Shown: piece after piece, positions 49,101 through 61,100 of the stretch
How the letters are laid out: every line of letters starts with the position of its first letter
How positions within the stretch are numbered: position 1 is the first letter of the stretch
Source: Mobula birostris
Taxonomy: Eukaryota
Assembly: GCF_030028105.1 (NCBI RefSeq)
Contig: NC_092370.1
Coordinates: 119,934,221-119,998,220 of the forward strand
DNA: 64,000 nucleotides
Reading direction: 5' to 3'
Program-made: the position numbers and the translations under genes
Notes under the pieces: generated by a model
What the model was told of the DNA's origin: nothing
Databases searched by the model: none
What the model saw: the letters and a program-made list of their open reading frames with translations, nothing else

Positions 49101-52100
49101 TGGGAACTCCTGCTTTAGAACTACCTTTGTGGACTTCTCAGACGAACTATTAATCAAGACCCATTAAGGACCAAGACGACATTTCTTCAGCCAGTAGGTC
49201 AAGTTTCTGGAATTCTCCAGTTATTAAGAATATTCACAACTGAGATGGATCAAAAGCAACACTCACAAAATGGAGGAACTCAGGCCATGCAAATGAACAA
49301 ACAGTTGATGTTTCGGGCTCTGAACCTTCAAGACTAGAAAGAAGGGGGAAGGTGCCAGAATAAAAAGGTGGAGAGAGGCGAAGAATAGCTAGAATGTGAT
49401 AGGTGAAACCAGGTGGGTGGGAATCTGATAAAAGAGGACAAGGGACCATAGGAGAATGGGAAGGAGGGGCACCAAGGAAAGGTAACTGGCAGATGAGAAG
49501 AGGTATGAGGCCAGAGTGGAAAATAGAAGAGAGTAGAGGGAGAGAGAATAAACAAAGAAATCTCCTTCCTGGAAGGAGAAACTGATATTCATGCTATCAG
49601 GTTGGATGTAACCCAGACGGAATACAAGGTGTTGCTTCTCCACCTCAAGGGTGCCACGATGAAGCCACAAAAGGAGGCCATGGTCAGGATGGGAATTAAA
49701 GTATTGGGCCACTGGAAATTTCCACTTTTGGCAGATGGAGCGTAGGTGCTTGATGGAAGCTATCCCCCAATTTACGATGGGTCTCACCATGGTAGGGGGC
49801 TACATCAGGAGCACTGGATACAAGAGACAACCCAGGCAGATTTGTATGTGAATTACTGCCTCACCTGTTAGGACTGCATGGAGCCCCCAATGGAAATGAG
49901 GGAGGTGGTGAATGGGCAGGTGTAAAACTTAGGCCACTTGCAGGGATGTGCTGGGAGGGATGAATGGACAATGGAATCATGGAGGGGGTGATCCCTGCAG
50001 AAAGTGTAAAGTGGCTGGGGGGGACAGGTAAAGATGTGTTTAGTGGTAGGATCCCTTCGAAGATGGTGAAAGTCGTGGAGAATGATGTGCTTATCAAATG
50101 GATCAATTCACTGAGCATCCAAGAATCAAATGATAAAGGTCCTGACAAAATATTAACATTATTCCTCCCCACAGATTTTGCCCAAGGTACTGAGCAATTT
50201 TTTTTTTTATTGTTAAGGACAGATAGAACAGTAAAAATTGATTTCAGGCTTGCTGAATGCCAAAACGTTCAGTAAGATTTTCATTATATGACCAGCTACT
50301 ATTTATGTTTGGAAACAATTCAATTAAATCCTATCCTTCTCTTAATATTTAGAACTTGTCCTTTAAAAAGGATCTAGTGGTTGCTGATGTTTCTCTCATC
50401 AATGCAGAGGTTACAGTTTGCTCCTTATCCACAGCTGGATGTAACAACCATATAGCAATTTTCCAATGTCTTCTTCATCCCTTAACTGTACAAGAATGCA
50501 AGCAGACACCATTCATGGTAGTTTGCCATTGTTAGAATAATGGCCAAAACTGACTGGAATTTAGAAGAATGAGTGGCAATTTCACAAAGATGCTGACAGT
50601 GGTATTCCCCTCAGATTGTCTGTGGGCAAGGGACTTCCTGTTTGGGACTTATCAGCAGAATTTAAGAGATGTATGTGTTCATTTCAAACCTGTATACTGA
50701 CTTCTATTCTTGATATCCCATTAGAATCAAGTTCAGTTCATGCTGGAGATTAGCTTTAGCAAATATCCATTTATTACTACAAATATATGAAAGAATAAAC
50801 AGCTCCCTAGTTTTATGGAATTCTATTCCACATCCCACTTTGCTCCATCATTTTCTCCTATCCTCTCCATTGCGTGTATCCAGATTTTCCTTAATCCCAT
50901 CACATATGTTCACCTCAATCTCTTCTCAAGGGAGCAAGTTCTATCTCGGGAAGAAGTTTCTCTCAACTGGATCAATAAGAATTTTCTTTATATTCATGAG
51001 CTCTTGCCCCACTTTCATGCACATTTTCTCTATACATCAATTTCATAAATCTTAAATACTCACGTCTATCCTCAGCCTTCTTTCCAGAGTGACAAACCCC
51101 AGCCTTTTCCGTCTTTCTCACACCTGAGATTTCCATAACATCCTAGTAAATATACATTATGATTTCTTTTGCATGCATTTGACCCAGTGCCTCTACATCC
51201 TGTTGATAAAACCCAGGTCAGACGTTTTATCAACAGGATGTAAAGGCACTGGGTCAGATGCAAAAAAAAAAAAAAAAAGAAAAAAATCATAACATATTTA
51301 CTGAGATGTTATGGAAATCTTAGTCAAGTTGTGGGCAAGACTGAAAAGGCTGGGGCTTGTCAGTCTGGAAAGAAGGCCGAGGATGGACATGAGGATTTAA
51401 GATTATGAAAGTGTGATTATTTAAGTACAGAGAAAATGTGCATGAAAGTGGGGCAAAAGCTCATGAACATAAAGAAAGTTTTTACTGATACAATTTCTCC
51501 TTTGACAAGATATAAAGGTGAATGCAAGTGATGAGATTAAGGATAATCTGGATACGGGAATAGAGAGGAATAGGAGAAAATGATGCAATGAAGTGGAGTG
51601 TGGAGTAGAATTCCATAAAGCTAGGGAGCTGTTTTATTTTTTGCTTCCATTCTTACCTTTCTGCACAACTTTCTCCAGAATGTTCATGTAGTTTTTCTGG
51701 GCAATCCCACTGAGGGACGTGAGCTGGGATTTCGCAATGAGCTCCAGCAACTGCAAATGGAAAATAAATTGGTGTCACTCTAGCAAGGCAAAACCACACA
51801 GCTGTTCTAATATGGCATCTTGGGTCACACCACCTAATGGCTACAGGTTTCCAAAGCTTTTAATCCGAAAGGACACCAGTCAGGTGCCCAGAGACGGGGT
51901 CAAGGAAGGGGTAAAGTGAGTATCATTAATTCTTGGCTGCTTATGAAGATTAAGCAAATGGTACAATCTGTACTAGTTCTTAATTACTATTGAACAAGCG
52001 GAAAGCAAAGCCAAGCCAAACTCCAAAACACTTGCCTTAATCAGACCACATCCTTATTATAGCATAAGATGGCAATGTCATTTCAGCTTACAAGCCGGAC

Positions 52101-55100
52101 AGACTGTATTTTGTCCAAATTAAATGTACACCTTGGACATACTTCAAGATGGTTATAAATCAAGAAAAGTCCACACAACACTCCAATAAATGAAGTATGG
52201 GGGAGTGAATGAAGCACTGAATTGGCCAACCGAGGCAATGTTCTCACAAGTGAACACAAATTATTTTGCACTTTTTCAACAAAGCATGGAGTTCCAACCA
52301 AGTTAGCCAGCACTACACATTTTTTCATTGTCTGCTTCCACCCATCATCCACCATCCTGTGTCCCAACTCTACCTCTCCCCTTCCTGCTCTATCTGCCCA
52401 TCATTTTCCACGGTTCCCCATCACCCATGGGGATGTCTCACCACCCCACCCAGACCCAATACTGGCTGTCTCCGCTTCCCACTCTTAAACTGATGCAGAA
52501 TCTTGACTTAAAACATTGACGATTCCTACTTCCCCAACAGACTTTGTCCATCAGCTGTTCCTCCAGAAGTTTGAGAACATGAAGGACAGCTTCTGCCCTG
52601 CTGTTCCAAGACTCTCAAATAGACCTCTTCAACGAAGATGAGATCTTGATCTCAATCCAACTCATAGTGGCCTTTGCACTTTCTTTGTAATGAATGACAG
52701 AAGATTTACAAGGATATTGCCAGGACAGGAAGGCTCAAGTTGTAGGCAGAGGTTGGCCAGGGTAGGTCTTTATTTGTTGAAACTTGGGAGAAATGTTTAA
52801 TTCTGAAAGATATTGATAAGCTGGATGATAACAGTCTTTTCCCCAAGGTAGGGGAGTCTCAAACCTAGGCACAATGGTTCAGGGTGAGAGGGCAAAGAAT
52901 TCAAACGAACCCGAGGAGCTGCTTTGGTGCATCCTGCCCCCTTCCTAACAGTGTTGTGAATAAGCTGCCTGAGAAAGTGGTAGATTTAAGAACCCACTTG
53001 GGTATGCACGTGGAGGTGAAGGGCTTGAAAGGATATGGGTCAAAGAGCTTGTATCTGCTGTATTGCTCTATAATATTTTGAGTTCTGCTATTGCACTTAT
53101 CTTTTGTACTACCTTGAAATACTTGGTTGGAATGATTTGTATCTACGCCATGCAAAGCAATTTGTTCAATGCATTTCAGTACGTGATAATAATAAACCAA
53201 TTAATAGTTACTTGTTCAAGCATCATCTGATCATTAGCCTCTGTCCCTGGAGTTTACCATGCACAAACAGGCTGCTCATTTCCCTCCAACAGTGACAGGA
53301 AAGCAGTGCGTGGACTCTCTGGGATGTCATCGCATCGTGCGAAGTTGTTCGTCAAAACAAGTTCCTTCTTTACAAGGACAAAGCATAACACCACCACTCC
53401 AGTGGACCCACTGCACTATCGAGGCTGCAATACAGCCATCAGTGAATTTGACTCTTGTTTCAACATTTTGCAATTAGTCACAAGACATGGGGTTGGGAGC
53501 ATAGCAGGAATTCCAAACAGTTCCACTTCCATCAGCACAGCAGCATACTGGATACTGTAATCAGCTGCTGGCCTTGCTGCTTGTCACCATGACTTGATTT
53601 GTGATGAGCAGTCAGGGTTGCTGTTGGTATGACTCAGGGTAACAAAGCCCTTCATCAGTCGAAGGGTAACCAGCACAAACATTAGCTTCAAGGCTTTGGG
53701 TACCGTTAACATTTACAAAAAATCATGGACAGGCAGTAAATAACTGTCCTGAGAGTCTTTTATCCATCCTCATAACATGTGAGTAAACCATTCATCTCAT
53801 ACAGCTTTCCAAGCATTCCCATACCCCACTCATTTCCCCTGTAATCTCTTCTCCCCACATTCTCGTCAACTCCTTGAAGCAGCCAGACTTCACAAAATGA
53901 CTAAGTATTTCATGGGATTACAAGCTGCTAGTTAGTAAAACATCTCATTTAAAGGAAAAGCAGAAGTACTTAATCTTCAACCTAGCCCCTACGACAGAAC
54001 TAGTCCAGTGTTTTTGTTTGCATGCGCCTCCTCCTACTCATTCCAATCGCAGAAACTTCATTTCCTTCCCCAATCCACGTACCAGTGGCTTTCTCTTAGA
54101 TGGAACACTCTTCGCCTCAGCCCTCCCTGTGGGAACAAGCTCCACCACCACAGCCCCCCCTCCCAACTCTCCAGGGAAAAGATCTCTTGCAAATTCCAAT
54201 TAGACTTATCAGCAACCTCTTGTTCAGCTTTACCACAAGTGGAAATCTCCACTGTGCCAGTACCTTAACAAACACCCTTCAAGATCTCAATCAGATCAGC
54301 TTTCAGCCTTCCAGAGATTACAGCCCGAGCCCATACAATCATCCCTGATCAGTGAGACCTCGACACAAAACAGTAGACGCTTTAGAAAAATGAGTACTTC
54401 ACTATAGAATTGATGCAGTTCACAATGCCACTTTGCTTTGCATCCGACAAGCAGATCCAGTTACAAAGCAGTACATTTCCATTCTGCCTCAGGAGATGGA
54501 ATTACCGCTTCTACTGCCAGTTTAATCAAGAATTAATAGTGATAACGAGTTAGTGCCATGACGCAAAATGGAAATAATAAATGAGGAGGTAAAGTGAAGG
54601 GCAGAAATTCAGTTCAGTAGAAATGCAAGACCCACCTACCCGGACAACATAATTGAATCTTCGTGTGTCCCGAATGGCACTGGAGAAGTCCAGGCGGTTA
54701 AAGGCCTCACCCAGGGTACAATATCCGTGGCGCTAAAAGAAACGAAGAGTCTGTCAGAGCCAGCAATGGGACAGAGGCTTTGACCATCCATGCAGCCATC
54801 CACATAATACAACACAGCATTACTCACCTCCTTTGTGCTTCCTTTGTGAACTGAGATCCACGTATCATGGTGAAAATCTGAGAGCAAAGATAAAGATCGT
54901 GGACTTTATTATACTGCAGTAATTGCCAAAGCAAATGCAGTTTGGTTTCCAAAACAATGAATGTGATTATTGTAGTTTTATTTAAATTTTGAAGTGGAAT
55001 TTTATTTAGGTGCCCCCCCCCCCAAACATGAGAATAAAATGTTACAGTAGGATTTGTGTAAATATGGCTGACCCAGACTCAGTGGGCTGAAGGGCCCCTT

Positions 55101-58100
55101 TGTGCCATTTCTGATTTTCTCTCGTCCCAATTAACCCGTGATCAGTTTCTTTACATTGACATCAACTCTGGCTCTGCACATCCTCCCATTGAACTTGTGA
55201 CACTAAGTTTTCAGTGAGGCCAAGTCAATGGACTTAGATTGGGTCAAAACAAAGTCCATTCCCTCCCACTGATCTCTATCAACACCACTTCATAAAGGAC
55301 AATTAACAAAAAAGCACCTCTAAAGAACAGACCATCATGAAGCAGAGATGACGATTTGATTCACTGAGTCCATGCTAGCTCTTCCAAAGCACAACCCAAG
55401 TTGACCCAAACACCCACTCTTTTTCTCGATAGCCTAGCATCTCCAGAGTGCCAATCCATTTGCAAACTGCCCATCTGGATCCTGACTAGCAGTGCCAGAA
55501 CATGGGGAATTATTCTATAGTGAGTGTCATATTCCAGCCTTAGCAACTTGTAACCTTGACCATTAGACCAAGGACATTCAATGCAAGTACTCTGACTTAA
55601 TTCCGCACTCTCCTGTGGAAAGTACACTACATTGGTATTTTTAGATAATAGCAAAAGTAATAATGCATGTTACAATGTTAACAGTTCATATTCTGATACT
55701 TTTTCTATCAGTTCAAGCAACTTCAGTGTCATTTGTTTGAGCAATACAAGATGATTCACAACCAATCATGCTCCATTATCAGTGTCAGAGTAATCCAGAG
55801 ACAATAACATCACTGCACACTGAGACAAAACATATCCTTATACACTGTTAGAAGCTACTTTGAACGTATCTGGGGAATGTATTATTCAGTACTGAGATTG
55901 CAGTGCAATTTATAGTTGCGATGAGCTTAAGCATCAACTCTTGTAGAATGCAAGTGAAGGGATTTAAAAGGTACCAGAAAAGAAATTACACCATTGGGAA
56001 TAGGGGAAAGGTTACAGTGATCATCTCAATGGAAGACTAATGACTTGGAAGATATCCAAGATTAGTTGAATGTGAGGAAGATGCTTCCACTTATACCAAG
56101 ATCACAGCTAGAAATTATCAGTATGTAGTTATGAACAAATACAATTGGAAATTTCCAAAAACTTTAAACCAAAAGAAAAGCAGGGAAAATGCAGAACTGC
56201 CTCCTACAGAGAAAAATTGAACAGGGGTGCACTTAAGGGAAGTTGGATATAATGGAGGGAGAAAGCGATGGAAAGTGATGGAGATTGGAGTTGAGAATGT
56301 TCAAGCATGGCAGAAGTACTGGCACAGACAGTTGAGCTGAATGGCCAATTTCTGTGCTGTAAATAAACGCCATATCAGGGATGCTTAGCACAAGTACAGA
56401 CAACCCTATCTGCACGCTAAACCAGAAGTATACCAGCCTGCTGGTCATGTTACAGGTGGGGAACCAGGAGTAAGTCAAAAAATTTCCAGGTCAATGAACA
56501 AACAGGATATCTGAGACAGATTAATTTACCAACCATTTGATATCCTTAACAGCAACCCATCTAACTTCCTCTTGAACCTGTCAGTAACCCTCTCAGCTCA
56601 AAATGGCAAGGACGCTACAAAGACAATGATATCAATACAGTTACATCTGCTTCTTTAGGACCATCCCTGCTGCCCTCCAGAGATAAAGGAAACATAACCT
56701 ATATATGGTATGGATCTGAATTCCTGCTATGCATTTCCACAGTCACTCCCAGTGCCATTCCATTGAGGTACTACTGTCTGTGCAAAGGGAGCACAGTGCT
56801 TATGCTATGACCATCTCAAACTGTAAATCAAATTTCACCTGCCCACTGAGTCTGTAGTTAACACACTCACCTCAAAACCCACCAAAACTGAGTGAAAGCA
56901 TGGCATCCTCAAACCCAAGGGACTATCTTGAAAGCAGGTGGGAAAAAAAATGGCAGACAATGCACATAACACTATCCAACAAAAGTAATGTGACAATATC
57001 ATGGTAACTTGTTTAAGTGACATTGGTTGAGGGATAGTGAATGGTCAGAACTCTATTGCTTTCCTTCAAGAATATCATTACAACTTGAGTCAATGGGAAA
57101 GGGATCCCAAATTTAACACATTGCCCAAAGCCTAACATCTGACTGTAGGTCACTCCAAGTCCTACACTGGGAACACAGCCACCATTTTGCTGCTCAAGGT
57201 AGATTCACGACATGAAAGCGTGAGCATCTAAGCCTGCCTTCTGGAAGAACAGCTTTGTTAAATTAAGAAGCTTCTGTCTACAAAAAAAAAAGAGCAAGAC
57301 TCACATTGGATTTTTGTATTGTTATTCAAAAGATCCTTTCTTTTTTTTGTCATCAAATCATACTCAACGTTGTTCAAAAAGTTCTCCTTATTAAATTCTT
57401 CATTGCAGAAACTGTAAAAGATAGAAAGGAACACATTGTGAAACATGAGTAATTCTTTGTCAGAAATTCAACTTACATTTTATTTCCTTATTAAATGGGG
57501 TATACTAGGTCAGCGATATCCCATTTTGCCCACATACTCCTACACTCACTCACATACAGAGGACAATTTACACTGACCAATTAACCTAACAACCCACGTG
57601 TCTTTGGGAGACCTGGAAGACACGTGGTCACAGAGAGAGAGAATGTGAAAACTCCATAAAGCCAGTAGCAAGGGCCAGAACTGGACACAAATACCTGGAG
57701 CTGTGATGCAGCTGAGCCACTGTGCCTCTCTTGTGGAAAGGAAAGCAGAATTAATATTGGACCTTATATGTTTCTCTTCTGCACAGATGCTACCCAGCTA
57801 GCTGAGCATCTCCTCCATTCTGCTTCAAGTCACTTCTCCAGGACCACTCAGATCTGCTGGCATTAACCGCCACCTCAACCCCTTTTTACAGCTAGCTTCT
57901 CTATCTGGCAGATTTTCCTCTATTGTCTGCCTGTCCATCTCATCTTCTGACGAGGAAACTTTCACTGCCACAGGTCAGTTCGTGGAGTGAAACACGTGAC
58001 ACATTTCATGGGACAGGACAAGTGGTTCTGGGAAATTATCACAACTTCCAAAGGAAAAGAGGGGTCTGTAATCTTTGGAAATACTCAAGGGAAACTGGAG

Positions 58101-61100
58101 CTGAAATTAGGAGGAGCTTCATGTCAAACAGTTCAAATGTGCTACAAATTCTAATTTTAATGTAGAAACAAAGAAAAAGTTTCACTTCAAGACTTTGGTC
58201 ACTTCATTAAACAGATACCAAGGAAAAGTTGCCTGACATTTTAAGTAGCCACCATAAACCTTGGTTCTTTATCTGGGTTGGGGGGTGGGGGGAGTGCGTG
58301 ACTCAGAATGTACTTCATGATCTTTGGCTGCTAGTTCCCTTCAAGTTGGGATTTTTTTCCTCTGCTGCAAACAGGCCTCTGTGGGCAAGTTATTTATAGC
58401 AATTGTGTACAGTGCAACTTCAAACCACATCATCAGAGCAAGCTTTAAAGGGTTACAAAGAGCAGAGACTATTCTGCAGATCAGAATGCAATGATGCAGC
58501 ACAACGTTAGCAATCCTCACTGGGCTCCATCCATTCTTATCTACAGTTGGGGGAAGAAAACAATTTGGAAGACATTACTCTGCAGGCTGCAAGCTAGCTT
58601 CTTTGGCACATAGCCTGGTCGTTAAAACGTCAGGTCCTGGCAGGCAGCTTTGGGCTGTGCAGGGGAGAGGAACTGAAACAAAACAACTGCTTCCACAGAT
58701 CAATAACACATCTAAAATCCGCAGTCAACCCAGACTGTGTCATTAGCTGTATTTACTTGCTCTTCTCTCACCCCATCACCCTGGCCTACCACTTAATGCC
58801 ACAGCCAGTCCACATCTCACATTTCACTAGACCACTCTCTGAAGGAACGTCAATCAAGTTCTGGCTGAAGTTTCTAGTCTGAACAACTCTTGGGGGTTGT
58901 GGGGGGAGGGGCAAGCTTGGTTAATAAATTTTCAAGGTATCACTGACTTATGTGGGGAGGGTTTTCTGACCACAGCCTTCAGGAAGGACAGCCCACAAGA
59001 ACCAAGACAGAAAAGCAACCGAATCACTTTTATGCATCTTACAGGCACAATCCATCTTGTATATTCAAAGATCTTGCATAATCGTGCAAGGTGACCCAAA
59101 CAATTCCTGCTTTTTTTTGCAAGATTGTACTTTGCTGTAGCCTACAGGAGTTGCAAATGAATTTAGAGGCTAGAAGAAAAAGGAGGCAGGATTTTCAAAC
59201 AGAATGAGGGTCACTTCTCACCTGTTTTCTTACTACCCCTCTACTGCAGGGGATTCCCGACCAGAGGGTGGTCACTGCCACCAATCCATGGGTTCTGTGC
59301 AGCCTGACAAGCCCAACACAGTGATTGAGGTCGTAAGCCTTTGGAATCTGTCTGGGAAAGACTAAGAGCCCAAACCCAACAATTTGATCCTTTTACTCCC
59401 CATCCCCCACCCAAGAATTTTGGCCACAAGGACCATCTGTTGCAAGCACCTCAAAACAATGGCAAGATACCAAAACTCATGTCTTTACAAAATCCTAAAA
59501 ATAATCATTCATCAAAAGAGCAATTCTGTGACCTCTATGAGGGCAATATCTCCAGAGCAGACATCATCAACAACCAGCTCTGGTGAGCAGGCGACAATTC
59601 ACATGCCTGGTACTTGACGCTTGAAATAGACTATTTACTCCAAGCCATATTATGACAAGAGTTTACCAGAAAGGAAGAAACTTCAAGGCAGCTCCCAAAA
59701 TCTCCCGACAAAATGTAACATCCTCAGTAACAAAGGAATTCCTGGTTTGTCCCTCCTTAAATAACAAGTGAAGGGGCATTCAGAGAGAGATTTAACACTC
59801 TGGGCTTTCTCGCAATATTCCATCCACCTCTTCCACTGAACAACAGCTGCCCTGTTGGAAGTTGTCTATCACATAACTGAAGTGGAAGCATGAACTGACT
59901 AAAAGGATGTGTTCCCAGTACTAGTGGAGAGGGAAAAACGGGATTTCAATCCTGTGAGAATGAAAAAAACGGCCAAAGCAATTTTAAAATTAAATTTTCC
60001 CCCGTAGGTATCATTGTCCAGGTCAATATTCATTGCCCATTCCCAAAAGCCCTGAGAAGATGGGGGTAAAATTCCTCCATGAAACTTTGCAGTCCTTCTG
60101 GTGAAGATGCTCCCAGTGTTAATGAGGAGGGAGTTCCAGGGTTTAGCCACAGTGATACATCTCCAAATATAGGCAGTATGCGACTTGGAGAGGAAGCTGC
60201 AGCTGGTGGTGCTCCCACATGCCTGTTGCTCTTGTCCTTTTTGGCGGCACCGACGGAGGGTAAGAGGTGGGGTCAGAGCTGCCTTTTCCCAGCTGTTACC
60301 ACAGCGCAGTTACGTTGGACGTGGCTGCCCTCACCCTTCCATTTCAGGCTTGGGGTGTTGCTATGTGCTGTTGAATAACTCCTGGCAGATGAAGAGGCAG
60401 ACTGTTGCCTCTATACCACATTCTGATCATCCCACTGTGGGTTTACCTGAGCAGAGTTGCATTGAGAAGTGTCGCTCCAGTGTGGTGTGGGTAGAGTTTA
60501 CACTTTCTCCCCCCTTTCCCCAGGTTGCTCCCCTTTCCTCCAGCATTCAAATCACATGAGATACAAACATAAAATATTAAATATAAATAGTGCAAAACCA
60601 GCACAATTGAGGCTGTGTTCATGGATTGTTCAGAAATCTAAATTGGAGGGGGAAGAAAAATGCAAACAACAGGAATTCTGCAGATGCTGGAAATTCAAGC
60701 AACACAGAAGCACGTCTTCAGGCTTCTGCATCTCCTCCCTGATGGTAGTGATGAGAAGATGGCATGTACTGGATGGTGAGGGTCCTCCTCAATGGTGGAC
60801 GCTGCCTTTTTCAGGCATCACCTTTGAAGACAGCCTCAACGGTGGGGAGGCTAGCACCCATGCAGCTGGCTGAGCTTGCAACCCTCTGCAGCCTTTTCCC
60901 AATCCCATGCATTGGTTCCGCCACAGCATGTGGTGACGCAACGAGTTAGAATGGTCCACACAGTCCATCTGTAGAAATTTGCTAAAACCAAAGCAGAAGG
61001 AAAAGAGCATCTGTACAATATCAATAGATGAACTACCTCTTGCCTTCACAGCCAGCAGTCCACCCAAGTGATGTCAAATACCACATTGCCTGCATAAGCT

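Noticed and set aside
57946-58000. CTGACGAG...GAAAC as an intronic hammerhead
   Set aside because: I could not build compatible helices I, II and III.
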